A DNA stretch of 32,000 nt from Planctopirus limnophila DSM 3776 (GTDB lineage: Bacteria; Planctomycetota; Planctomycetia; Planctomycetales; Planctomycetaceae). The notes beneath the pieces are model-generated. The model worked only from the letters and a program-made list of their open reading frames with translations, was not told where the DNA came from and made no database searches. This document shows positions 1-9,450 of the stretch, in pieces (positions within the stretch are counted from its first letter, which is position 1; each line of letters begins with the position of its first letter). The stretch is from positions 1,530,001-1,562,000 of the forward strand of contig NC_014148.1 of the NCBI RefSeq assembly GCF_000092105.1, written 5' to 3'. Position numbers and translations under genes: made by a program.

Positions 1-114
1 TTACCTTGCCCCACATGATCTTAATGTGAGTTCAACATGACAAACAATTGTTGACAATGTCAGTTTTCTTAAGACTGTTACCTTTGATCGAGACTTGAGT
101 TCTGAGCTTCGAGA

Positions 115-936
115 TTAATTGAAGCAAACCGAATCGCTGGTCGGCGTTGGATTTGGATTTGCTGGAAGTATTCCTTCGATAATCTGCGGGATCAAGCTGG
201 CAAACCAGGTGACGTTTAACCCGAGTCGATCATCGTACATCGGGTCTCGATTGGAAACATCTAATGTGGCGGCATGAATCCCCAACAGGCACCAGCGCTC
301 CTCAAATTGACCAGCGACCGGGGTGGGTCTGAGCAGTTTCGTCACCACAGGAGATCCACTGGTGCCGCGATGCGTCCGCGCATCGGTGACGAAGTAAGGG
401 TTCCCCTTAAAGGGCCTCGAAAAGTCGCTCGCAACCACGGCCTGCCGGACAAGTGGCAAGTTGTTTAATGTATCGTGGAATCCGAGAGGAAATCCGGTGA
501 TGAGCACTTGCTGGCCAGGTGGTAACGTTTCCTCAGGGCCCAGAATATCCGATGCTCCAAAACTGGAAATCACATAATTCTGTTTGAGCAGTTTACCAGG
601 TAAAGGGACAGCCACGACATCGATATCGTTCTCACGACGGGGATAAGTCCTCCACAGTGGCATGCCCTGCTTGTAGAGCTGGATTTCCAGAGGCCCGCTT
701 TTCGTGAGATCGTCCTGAACAGTGTGCAACTGAAGTTTAAGAGTATCGGGCCGATGCCCGGCCAGTTGATCGAAGCAAACATGTCGATTCGTGATGAGGT
801 AAAGCTCGGATTGCCATTCGAAAAAGAAACCGCTGGCATTTGTCAATAATTGGCCTTGGCCATAGGTTTCGACTTTGGCAACCCGCAAGAACAGTTCAGG
901 AACCAGCATCCAGTCTCCTTGGTAACTCATAGCCAT
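115..936 (-). CDS. trypsin-like serine peptidase, apparently cytoplasmic
   Basis: 273-aa ORF. Catalytic triad contexts are visible: LITNRHV (His), NDIDVVAV (Asp), THRGTSGSPVV (GxSGxP Ser). No N-terminal signal peptide or TM segment is apparent. Confidence 0.8.
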   Translation of the reverse strand: MAMSYQGDWMLVPELFLRVAKVETYGQGQLLTNASGFFFEWQSELYLITNRHVCFDQLAGHRPDTLKLQLHTVQDDLTKSGPLEIQLYKQGMPLWRTYPRRENDIDVVAVPLPGKLLKQNYVISSFGASDILGPEETLPPGQQVLITGFPLGFHDTLNNLPLVRQAVVASDFSRPFKGNPYFVTDARTHRGTSGSPVVTKLLRPTPVAGQFEERWCLLGIHAATLDVSNRDPMYDDRLGLNVTWFASLIPQIIEGILPANPNPTPTSDSVCFN

Positions 937-1272
937 GAGTTCGAGTGATTTTGGCCATGGTTGACTTACGAGCAGACACTCAAAGTGTGCCCATTATGCA
1001 GGTTTGATTTAGTCGGCCAGAATAGCAACTGCTATCATGCCAGATTCCGAGTGTTTTCGCACCTCAGAAGTCATCAGATGGTGCCGCCACAGAAAAGCCT
1101 GGTGACGAATCGTCGCTCAAACAGGATGGTTACTCCGCGTGTCATCCCCAGGTGTTATCAGGCTGATCGACCCCACAGGAAAATCTGCTCGGAAAACCAT
1201 CGACTTTCTCGGGGAAATCGAACAACTTCCGCAACTCTGCTTGAGTTGCATCCTTGTGGATGCCGGATCAGC

Positions 1273-1755
1273 TCAGTCTTGGTTGAAACCCCAGTCGCCG
1301 CGCACCTTCATGACAATTTTGCGAACGGGACTGGGTTCATTGACCGCCAGTCCCGGAGCATGAATATCCTGCGGAAAGAAGACAAGAAACATCCCGGCTG
1401 ATGCGACAAATCGTTGTGTTCCCGGGCCGTAAAAGACGACATCTCGCTCATCCGAATAGGGTGTGCGAATGGCAAGATTGTCGGAAGTCCGTGCGAGCCC
1501 AAACGCTTCTTCTCCACGGACGATGTACTGGACATCGACATATTTTCGATGAGATTCCCAGACAGCATCCGTCGGCTGTTTCGTCTGATACTCCTCAACA
1601 ATGGCAATCAGAGCATCCGAATCGAGCCGATGTTTTCCCGTTGGTAACTCATGGGCCGCTGGCGAGGCGAGGAATTGCAAGGCTCTGGTAATGGCCGGGT
1701 GGCAATGAGAGTAAAAGTGCTGATTCGCGAGTTCGTCGATGATCACTGTTTGCAC
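1273..1755 (-). CDS. YhcH/YjgK/YiaL (DUF386, EbgC-like) family protein
   Basis: 160-aa ORF. ESHRKYVDVQYIVRGEE and FFPQDIHAP segments resemble the DUF386 cupin-like family. Same strand as the marR-like gene upstream. Confidence 0.7.
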   Translation of the reverse strand: MQTVIIDELANQHFYSHCHPAITRALQFLASPAAHELPTGKHRLDSDALIAIVEEYQTKQPTDAVWESHRKYVDVQYIVRGEEAFGLARTSDNLAIRTPYSDERDVVFYGPGTQRFVASAGMFLVFFPQDIHAPGLAVNEPSPVRKIVMKVRGDWGFNQD

Positions 1756-1854
1756 TGGTCCCTATTTTACACTGATCCCTGAATGGGGGCCGTTAAGGCG
1801 GAAGAGATAATCCCTGTGAGAATTCGTCATTTCACGAAAGATCAAAGCCCTGCC

Positions 1855-2064
1855 TTAATCTTTCTGCTGGATACGGCTGCGCAGGGATTCTACAAACTCT
1901 TGAACTGTGCTTCGCAGAGCCGACTGCAGGCGATAGGTTTCACTGTTCCGAGTCATGCCACGATTTCTGGCGACGTCGATCAGCAGAGCACTCAAAAGCA
2001 ATGCGGCTGACAACAGAAATGTCGTGAGTATGGCTCGAACCATGGTAATCAAAAATTTCTGCAC
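1855..2064 (-). CDS. small hypothetical membrane protein
   Basis: 69-aa ORF with one hydrophobic helix (ILTTFLLSAALLLSALLI). It fits the gap between the marR-like and yhcH-like genes on the same strand. No recognisable family. Confidence 0.35.
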   Translation of the reverse strand: MQKFLITMVRAILTTFLLSAALLLSALLIDVARNRGMTRNSETYRLQSALRSTVQEFVESLRSRIQQKD

Positions 2065-2130
2065 AGATCATGAGTTGAAGATCATCGAATTCCATATGAA
2101 GTAACCAAAGGAATTGCTTCAAGAGGGCGC

Positions 2131-2592
2131 TCAGGAAACAGGCTGAACGACCTCCGGAGTTTGTGCCACGACGTTGTCGTGAAGTTTTCTCAGCCCGGCA
2201 ATCAGAGACTGAATTTCTTCGGCTGTGAAATTCTCGACAGCCATGGCGCGGACATCGAGGACACAATCCACGATCTTTTCCCAGATGGGCTCTGCCGCTG
2301 GGAGCAGTCGAATGATCTTCTTGCGGCGATCGCCATAGGCTTCTGTCCGCTCGATGAGTTTTGCCTGCTCCATTCGATCCAGAATTCGAACGAGTGTGGG
2401 AGGTTCGATCATCATCCGTTCGGCCAGTTCGGTCTGGCATAGTTCCTTATCCTTCGCCAGCCATCCAATCACATGGGACTGACGATAGGTGATGCCATAC
2501 TTCTCGAGTTCGGCATTGAGTGCTCGTTGGTAACTCTGTGTGGCTGTCCCTAACCAATACCCCACACTGCTTTCAAAATCATACTGTCTCAA
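2131..2592 (-). CDS. MarR-family transcriptional regulator
   Basis: 153-aa ORF with a winged-HTH region typical of MarR: ELCQTELAERMMIEPPTLVRILDRMEQAKLIERTEAYGDRRKKIIRL. Confidence 0.85.
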   Translation of the reverse strand: MRQYDFESSVGYWLGTATQSYQRALNAELEKYGITYRQSHVIGWLAKDKELCQTELAERMMIEPPTLVRILDRMEQAKLIERTEAYGDRRKKIIRLLPAAEPIWEKIVDCVLDVRAMAVENFTAEEIQSLIAGLRKLHDNVVAQTPEVVQPVS

Positions 2593-3210
2593 GATGGGCC
2601 CAATTTGAAAGAAGGATTTGTAAAGATGAGTGTGTCGGAAAATCAGACAAGTTGTCGGTCATTGAGCAAACGAACGATGCTCTTTGAATGGTCGTCGAAT
2701 CGACAGTTAATGATTGGACTTCGCCTGCGAACGATTCGCAAGAGCATTTAAATGTTGATAAAACTGACAAAGTTGTTATGTCAAATATTTTGACTGTATT
2801 CAGAATATCCGACTTCTGGCCCGACACAATCACTGAATTTACAGAAATTACACCGTTTTGGGCTGGTAGAAACGCAATGGTTTCTAATGTTTTTACGGCC
2901 GTTGATTGCATGTGCAAATAGTCACTGATTCAGCATCCCGTTCCATTTGGTGAAAGTTGAATTTGCCAGGGCGATTTCCTTGGAATCTCTGTGGCTAACA
3001 AGTTTTCACTCGAAATACTGCTTCCATTGGAATGATTGGCTCTGCTATTGATTTTATATTCATGAAATTGAGTGGTTGTCTGAAACCGCCCATGGGGAGT
3101 TGCTCAAATCGTGTGCCCATGGCAGGATGCTCCAACACTGGGACTTCTGCAGATTGAAGCAGTGCCTGGCATCAACGATTCTGGCGACAAGCCGTCCTGA
3201 AGGAAGAGAA

Positions 3211-4779
3211 ATGACTGGTCAGTCGACGACGACACCTCAAGCGACCGTGGTGATTTTTGGTGCCTCTGGCGACCTGACAGCACGCAAGCTGCTTCCTGCT
3301 CTGTACGATCTCTGGAACGATGGTTACCTCAGCGATACCTCACCGATTGTGGGGGTGGCCCGCCGAGAAAAATCGCATGAAGAATTTCGCAACGAGATCT
3401 TCGATGCTATCCAATCCTCTGTGCGCGACGGAAAAATTCCTGCCGAAAAATGGGCCAGTTTTTCCGCACGGCTGTATTACCGACAGACAGACATTTCAGA
3501 TGCCAACGAGTATGCGGGTCTGGATGAAGATCTGAAAGCTCTGGAGGCTCAAGCCGCTCAGGGTGCTAACAGAGTCATTTACATGGCGACATCGCCAGAT
3601 CTGTTTTTACCAGCTGTGGAGCATCTGTCATTGGCGGGAATGATCCCGGATCGTGACGACGAGCGCTGGTTGCGCGTCGTTTTTGAAAAGCCATTCGGGC
3701 ACGATCTCGAATCGGCCCAGCAACTCAGTGCCAATCTGAAGCGTTTGCTGCGTGAAGATCAGATTTACCGCATTGACCATTACCTGGGCAAAGAAACTGT
3801 CCAGAACATCCTGCTATTCCGATTTGGAAACTCGATTTTTGAACCACTCCTCAATCGCAGTCACGTGGAACATGTGCAGATTACGGTGGCAGAATCTCAA
3901 GGAATGGAACGAGGTCGTGGCGGTTACTACGACAAATCGGGTGCCTTACGCGACGTCCTGCAGAACCATGTGCTGCAACTTCTTTGCCTGATTGGCATGG
4001 AGCCTCCCGCTCGCTTTCTGGCTGCCGATCTGCACGACGAAAAGCTGAAAGTCCTGAAATGTTTGAGACCAGGCACCAAAGGGGATATTTCGTCCTGGGT
4101 TGTTCCCGGCCAATACTCCACAGGGATGGTCGATGGTCAGACCGCCATCAGTTACCTCTCAGAGGATCGCATCGCGCCGGATTCCCGCACAGAAACCTAT
4201 GTCGCCATGAAAGTGGAAATCGACAACTGGCGCTGGGCCGGTGTCCCGTTCTATTTGCGAACTGGCAAAAGGCTTCCTAAACGAGTTTCCGAGATTGCCA
4301 TTCAATTCAAACTTCCACCCCTGAATCTCTTCAGCACGGTGGAATGTGAAGGGGATATCTGTGACCTCGTGGGGGCTCGTCCGAACACATTGATCTTCCG
4401 CATTCAGCCCAGTGAATCCATTTCGCTGAGATTCTCGACCAAGCAACCCGGCATGCAGTACCAGATTCACCCCGTGAAGATGGATTTCAAGTACGAAGAG
4501 GCCTTCACTCAGGCTTTGCCAGAGGCCTACGAGCGCCTCTTGCTGGAAGTTCTCCGCGGAGATTCCACACTCTTTATGCGCAGCGACGAGCTGGAAGCCG
4601 CCTGGCAATTCGTAGATCCGGTCCTGAATTTCTGGGAGAAGAAAACCGTGGTTCCGGAACCTTATCGAGCAGGTTCATGGGGGCCGCGTGAAGCCGATGA
4701 ACTCCTGTGGGAGTCTGGCCATCGCTGGCGAACACCGGGAGAATCTGGCCCCTCGGGTGAACTGAAACCTGCGACGTAA
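3211..4779 (+). CDS. zwf: glucose-6-phosphate 1-dehydrogenase
   Basis: VIFGASGDLTARKLLPALY NADP-binding motif, RIDHYLGKE active-site motif and full-length G6PD-like sequence. I place the start at ATG 3211, preceded by aggaagaga. The tracked ORF start at TTG 3076 adds 45 non-conserved residues. Confidence 0.93.
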   Translation: MTGQSTTTPQATVVIFGASGDLTARKLLPALYDLWNDGYLSDTSPIVGVARREKSHEEFRNEIFDAIQSSVRDGKIPAEKWASFSARLYYRQTDISDANEYAGLDEDLKALEAQAAQGANRVIYMATSPDLFLPAVEHLSLAGMIPDRDDERWLRVVFEKPFGHDLESAQQLSANLKRLLREDQIYRIDHYLGKETVQNILLFRFGNSIFEPLLNRSHVEHVQITVAESQGMERGRGGYYDKSGALRDVLQNHVLQLLCLIGMEPPARFLAADLHDEKLKVLKCLRPGTKGDISSWVVPGQYSTGMVDGQTAISYLSEDRIAPDSRTETYVAMKVEIDNWRWAGVPFYLRTGKRLPKRVSEIAIQFKLPPLNLFSTVECEGDICDLVGARPNTLIFRIQPSESISLRFSTKQPGMQYQIHPVKMDFKYEEAFTQALPEAYERLLLEVLRGDSTLFMRSDELEAAWQFVDPVLNFWEKKTVVPEPYRAGSWGPREADELLWESGHRWRTPGESGPSGELKPAT

Positions 4780-4857
4780 TCCGAGCTCGATCAGGCGAGG
4801 TCACACCTCCGGGTTTGAATTCATCCCTTTGCAAATTCTCATGTCCCAGGAAATCGA

Positions 4858-5199
4858 ATGGCACCGTCCGCCTCAGTGAATCGCACACTGCTGGGGTGGC
4901 TTGCCATTGGCATTCTAGGGACGGCGATCTTTCTGATTCTGACAGATCGCGAACAGGCGGATGGCCTGGGGGGAATCTTGATCCGCATCGGGATCGTGGT
5001 GGGTGCCTTCTGGCTCCTGGGCCCGAAACAGTGGAATCTCAGTCTCCGGTCGAAATTCTCATGGTGGCTGATCGGTGGCACGACGTTGGCCATCGTCGTC
5101 ATGTCCCGCGTGCGCATTCCACTGGTTTATTTTGTTTTAGCGGCCGCTCTATTCGTGGGTTTATTGTGGTTTGCTCGACCCAAAAAGAAGGCACCCTAA
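4858..5199 (+). CDS. hypothetical small integral membrane protein
   Basis: 113-aa ORF with three or four hydrophobic helices (WLAIGILGTAIFLIL, IGIVVGAFWLLG, LIGGTTLAIVVM, LVYFVLAAALFVGLLWF). No family recognised. Confidence 0.55.
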   Translation: MAPSASVNRTLLGWLAIGILGTAIFLILTDREQADGLGGILIRIGIVVGAFWLLGPKQWNLSLRSKFSWWLIGGTTLAIVVMSRVRIPLVYFVLAAALFVGLLWFARPKKKAP

Positions 5200-5303
5200 G
5201 GTCGTTCTGCCAATCAAAAAATGCGTAGACTTCAGACCTCGTCACATTGATTGACCAGAATTGGAAGACGCATGAACTGACCGTGAGTTACCCGGATCAG
5301 AAA

Positions 5304-5921
5304 TCACTCTCCATGGATGAATGCCTTCCACGAACGATACTTAGAAGAATCCAGGTGTTGCTGCATAGTCGGGCTGCGAGATGGCTTGGAAGGAGTTGAC
5401 ATCAGCTTCATGCCGGCTTCGTGAGGAGTACGACCACCTTTGCGTACATTGCAATCCAGACACGAGCAGACAATGTTTTCCCAGGAGGTCGGCCCGCCTC
5501 GACTTTTGGGCATCACATGGTCGAGACTGAGTTTGTGCAGACTGAACTTCTTGCCGCAATATTGGCAGCGATTCTCATCTCTCAGGAAGATGTTGCGACG
5601 ATTGAATTTGACGGCATTGCGAGGCATGCGATCGTAAGACAACAGACGAATGATTTTCGGAACTTGAATTGCAAAGCTGACCGATTGCACCCAGTCCGCA
5701 TCCTCTTCGTAATCTCCCAAAGAGGCCTTGATCTGGCTGATTTCCAGCCACTGTCCAAAATCAAGGGATTGGTAGGAACCTTCTTCTACGGAAATAACTT
5801 CTGCCAATTCTTTCGCCAGCAGGCAAAAGGCACGCTTGGCGGAAATCACCTGCACGGCAGCGTAATGGCGATTCAATGCCAGGACGCTCGCATGCAGACC
5901 TGTCGTTCGACCCGCAATCAT
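5304..5921 (-). CDS. HNH endonuclease (about 200-aa McrA-like family), paralog 1
   Basis: CQYCGKK ... LSLDHVMPKSRGGPTSWENIVCSCLDCNVRKGGRTP forms a CxxC / H-N-N / CxxC beta-beta-alpha-Me finger. The N-terminal VLALNRHY..V domain is shared with the ORF at 20382-20978. Confidence 0.85.
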   Translation of the reverse strand: MIAGRTTGLHASVLALNRHYAAVQVISAKRAFCLLAKELAEVISVEEGSYQSLDFGQWLEISQIKASLGDYEEDADWVQSVSFAIQVPKIIRLLSYDRMPRNAVKFNRRNIFLRDENRCQYCGKKFSLHKLSLDHVMPKSRGGPTSWENIVCSCLDCNVRKGGRTPHEAGMKLMSTPSKPSRSPTMQQHLDSSKYRSWKAFIHGE

Positions 5922-6420
5922 CGCGACTTGATTCCTTTCCTGCTCCGGGCTGGATCATCCATCACGTTGGTGGCTCGACAAAAACACAAACTGTAAATCA
6001 AGACCCGTCACATACTAACCACAAACAATCAGTACACATTTCAGAGAGTCGTCATCCACAATTGGTTTGCGAATTGTAACCGTCAAAAAATCCTGCGGCA
6101 ATTCCCTAGTTGCGATCAGAACAATTCTGCTCCCTGTGGTCACATGAATTTCACTTCATTTTGATGTTTTCTTTGAGCTGACTGGAACTCGTCAGTCGAG
6201 CTGACCTGAACCTGCGAAAAAGACACACTTCCCCAAAGCCAACAGGTTCGAGTGAAATCTTCTTTGTTTGTGGATCCCTGCCAGAGTCTAATGCGATTTG
6301 TCAGGTTCGCAGTTCTTTCGGGAAGAGACTCACCTCATGAGGGGGAAGTCTGTGTTTGCCCGGAGATTTGCTGGTGCGTCCATCGGCAAGATGGCGTTTC
6401 GGAACAGATAGGAACATCAC

Positions 6421-7362
6421 ATGAAGGTTGGAATTGTCGGTTGTGGTATGGTCGGTTCCTCGGCTGCATTTGCCATGATCATGAGTGGTATTGGCCGGGA
6501 AATTGTTCTGGTCGATCGCAACACCGCACGAGCCGAAGCGGAAGCCGACGATCTTTTTCATGCCGTCCCTTTTGCCCATAATCTGCGGGTAAAAGCTGGT
6601 GGATATTCAGATCTGGCCAATGCGAGTGTTGTTGTTCTCACAGCAGGTGTCAGTCAGAAACCCGGGGAAACTCGTCTCGAACTCCTGGGCCGCAATAAGG
6701 CGGTCTTTGAAGAGATTGTTCCTCAGGTCCTCAAATATGCGCCGGGTGCCATGATTGTGGTGGCCTCAAATCCTGTCGATGTCATGACACACCTCACAGC
6801 GAATATCGCCATGCGTTACGGCATGTCTTCGAGTCGAGTCATTGGCTCGGGAACCATGCTGGATACCGCGCGGTTTCGTACGCTGGTGGGAGAAGCCTTA
6901 CTGGTCGATTCTCACCATGTCCATGCCTATGTGATTGGTGAGCATGGCGATTCCGAGGTTTTAACATGGTCGCTGGCCACAGTGGCCGGGCTGCACCTCG
7001 ATGAATACTGCCATTCGCTGGGAATCTGTCTGCATGAGCATCAGAAGCAGATTATCGATGACCGGGTGCGTGGTGCCGCGTATCGCATTATTCAAGGAAA
7101 AGGCTCGACTTACTATGGGATCGGTTCAGCACTGGCGCGACTGGTGAAAACCATCCTGAATGACCATCGAGCCGTGCTGACAGTCTGTGCGCGCGAAAAG
7201 CTGATTGAAGGTGTCGAGGACGTCACACTCTCGATGCCCCGGGTTGTGGGAGGTTCTGGCGTCCAATCGACGATTCCGTTGCATCTGGCTCCGGAGGAGC
7301 ATCAGGGATTGCGAAAAAGCGCTCTCGTCCTGAAAGAGGCCATCAGTTCGATTGAAAAGTGA
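6421..7362 (+). CDS. ldh: L-lactate dehydrogenase
   Basis: N-terminal Rossmann KVGIVGCGMVGSS. VSQKPGETRLEL has Gln at the substrate-specificity position, as in LDH (MDH has Arg). IGEHGDSEV motif. 313 aa. Confidence 0.88.
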   Translation: MKVGIVGCGMVGSSAAFAMIMSGIGREIVLVDRNTARAEAEADDLFHAVPFAHNLRVKAGGYSDLANASVVVLTAGVSQKPGETRLELLGRNKAVFEEIVPQVLKYAPGAMIVVASNPVDVMTHLTANIAMRYGMSSSRVIGSGTMLDTARFRTLVGEALLVDSHHVHAYVIGEHGDSEVLTWSLATVAGLHLDEYCHSLGICLHEHQKQIIDDRVRGAAYRIIQGKGSTYYGIGSALARLVKTILNDHRAVLTVCAREKLIEGVEDVTLSMPRVVGGSGVQSTIPLHLAPEEHQGLRKSALVLKEAISSIEK

Positions 7363-7625
7363 TGCGTTTACTCGCGATTTGATTTGGAGTTCGTGAGGAA
7401 GGAACCGGGCTTGAACAGGCAGAATCTGCCAAAGCCTCAGGGGATTGAGGATAATGGAGGCTTTTGAGCAGTAATTGTTCAAAAAATGGAATATCAGTGG
7501 ATTAACTTTCGTAGCTTCGCCAGTCGATATAATCGTTAATCCCGCCTTTCATTCATCTGAACTGTTCGTGCCATTTGGCACCAGTTCAGCCTGCCTGCCC
7601 CTCTTCACTGATTGAACTCCTCCCA

Positions 7626-9206
7626 ATGTTTGCTCAGCAAATATTCTTGCCAGAGGTTCAGCGAAGACGTAAGAGCCATCGTATTGGTTTGAATTCATCT
7701 GCCCGATTTCAGCGAACTTTACGTTTCACCAAAGTGATGCTTATTGCTGGGCTGGTAACGACCTGGACTTTCTGTCTAGGTGCAGACCCGGTTCTTGCCC
7801 AGCACTCTCAGGCACCGGTTCACTTTGAGCCGGAGTTACTGACACAGAGCGATCAGGATTTTCTGAAGCTTCCCGACGAGCTGCTGCCTGCCCCTGCCGC
7901 CGATGAATCGGATTCAACAAATGATCAATTGATGGAGGATCTTCGTCTCCTGAGACAACGTCTGGATCTCATTGAGAACGAGCTGGCGGAAGAAAGAGCA
8001 CAGCAGAAGAAGTCTGAATTCGCAGCCAAGGCCGCCAAGCAAAAACTTCCCTCCATCGATTGGACTGCCCAACTTCAGGTCGACACGGTCTTCTCCGATC
8101 AATCCGAGGAAAATCGTCTGGCCGTCGGCAACGCACCCAATGGTACCGATTTTCGTAGAGCCCGGCTGGGAGCCGTCGGACGATATCAGGAGTATTACGA
8201 GTACCGCATCGAAATGGATTTTGCTCTCCCCGGCAGACCCTCATTTCTGGATGTCTGGGTGGGGCATCATAATGTCAAATATTTTGGGACCATCCGTGTT
8301 GGGCATTTCTTTGAACCCTTCAGCCTCGAAAGGCTCTCGGCCAATCGGTTCAGCACTTTTATGGAGCGAGGATTGGCCGATGCGATTGCTCCGGCACGCA
8401 ACACAGGAATCGCTGTCCATAACGCCACAGAATCTCAGCGTCTGATGTGGCAATATGGCTTTTTCAAGTCAGGCAGCGACAACTACGGCGATGACACAGG
8501 AGACTCTCCTGACTGGGCTTTTTCTCACCGTATTGTGTGGGCACCGGGGCTGGATAAAGCCAACACACGCTATTTGAATCACTTTGGATTTGCTCACAGC
8601 ATCCGGCGGCCGGATGATCGTCTTTACAGCATTGCTTCGACACCAGAAATCCGTATGTCCGAATCTGGTGGGGCGAGCATTCCGAACTTTGTGAACACGG
8701 GGAACATTCCTGCCAGTACGGTCGACTTGATCAATTTTGAAATGGCCTTTGTGCGTGGGCCGCTTTCATTTCAGACCGAATACAACTATGTGCAGGTCGA
8801 TCAGATCAATGGGCCGCGTGTGAATTTCCACGGAGCTTATGCATTTGTAAGCTGGTTCGTCACTGGTGAGCATCGACCCTACGCCGTCGCCCAGAACAAA
8901 AACTCAAGGCCAATTGGCATGTTTGGGCGCCCGATTCCTTTCACTAATGTTTTGCCAGCACCGGGATCAACAGAGACACCTTCGGGGCCGGGTGCCTGGG
9001 AATTGGCTGCTCGCTGGTCCTGGCTTGATCTGAATGACCAGAACATTCAGGGAGGCAATCTCCATGACCTCACTTTTGGGGTCAACTGGTATCTGAACCC
9101 TTACACGAAGGTGCAGTTCAACTACATTCACCCGATCCTTTACAAACAAAACTTCGGTACCAGCTCGGCCAATTTTGTCGGCATGCGTGTGAACTGGGAT
9201 TTTTAA
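7626..9206 (+). CDS. phosphate-selective porin O/P (OprO/OprP-like) family outer-membrane protein
   Basis: N-terminal signal-like MLIAGLVTTWTFCLGADPVLAQ, then a short coiled coil. FRRARLG..YEYRIEMDF..FLDVWVG..IRVGHFFEPFSLE and C-terminal GVNWYLNPYTKVQFNYIH .. NWDF are typical of the Porin_O_P family. The start is uncertain (TTG 7575, ATG 7626 or ATG 7737). Confidence 0.78.
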   Translation: MFAQQIFLPEVQRRRKSHRIGLNSSARFQRTLRFTKVMLIAGLVTTWTFCLGADPVLAQHSQAPVHFEPELLTQSDQDFLKLPDELLPAPAADESDSTNDQLMEDLRLLRQRLDLIENELAEERAQQKKSEFAAKAAKQKLPSIDWTAQLQVDTVFSDQSEENRLAVGNAPNGTDFRRARLGAVGRYQEYYEYRIEMDFALPGRPSFLDVWVGHHNVKYFGTIRVGHFFEPFSLERLSANRFSTFMERGLADAIAPARNTGIAVHNATESQRLMWQYGFFKSGSDNYGDDTGDSPDWAFSHRIVWAPGLDKANTRYLNHFGFAHSIRRPDDRLYSIASTPEIRMSESGGASIPNFVNTGNIPASTVDLINFEMAFVRGPLSFQTEYNYVQVDQINGPRVNFHGAYAFVSWFVTGEHRPYAVAQNKNSRPIGMFGRPIPFTNVLPAPGSTETPSGPGAWELAARWSWLDLNDQNIQGGNLHDLTFGVNWYLNPYTKVQFNYIHPILYKQNFGTSSANFVGMRVNWDF

Positions 9207-9450
9207 GCCGGGTTCAGATTCACGTCGAACGAGCAATTTCTCGGCAAGCCGGGCTGCTATTGTTCCGGTCGGCTCAAAAGCCGAACTCGTGCGCAGTGGT
9301 ATTGGGGAACACGGGAATTTGGGAACACGGACGTCCCCGAAACTCTTCGAAATCGACAGATTGCAATCATTCGGCAAACTCCTTCGTCTCCTGTGATCAA
9401 TCAGGGACTGTCTCGTCGGCTCGGGCTGCAATTTCTGCCGATGAATCTGT

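Noticed and set aside
1940-2440. 166-aa Arg/Ser-rich minus-strand ORF overlapping the marR-like gene in another frame
   Set aside because: Its composition is typical of an out-of-frame artefact. The MarR frame has a clear wHTH.
2764-2782. TGACA-N9-TGTCA inverted repeat in the AT-rich 618-bp marR/zwf intergenic region (a similar TGACAAA…TGTCA occurs at about 38-62), considered as a MarR operator
   Set aside because: The arms are only 5 bp and such matches are expected by chance in AT-rich DNA. It cannot be supported without comparative data.
3076-3210. 45-codon N-terminal extension of zwf from a TTG start
   Set aside because: The extension is Cys/His/Arg-rich and does not resemble G6PD N-termini. 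ATG 3211 has a purine-rich RBS-like tract and begins just before the conserved GASGDLA motif.
5421-5996. 191-aa + strand ORF
   Set aside because: It is antisense to the HNH endonuclease gene, whose motifs are unambiguous, and has no motifs of its own.
7431-7465. Hairpin aaagcctc…gaggcttt after ldh, considered as a terminator
   Set aside because: The loop is 18 nt and only four T residues follow. It is too weak to report as a feature.
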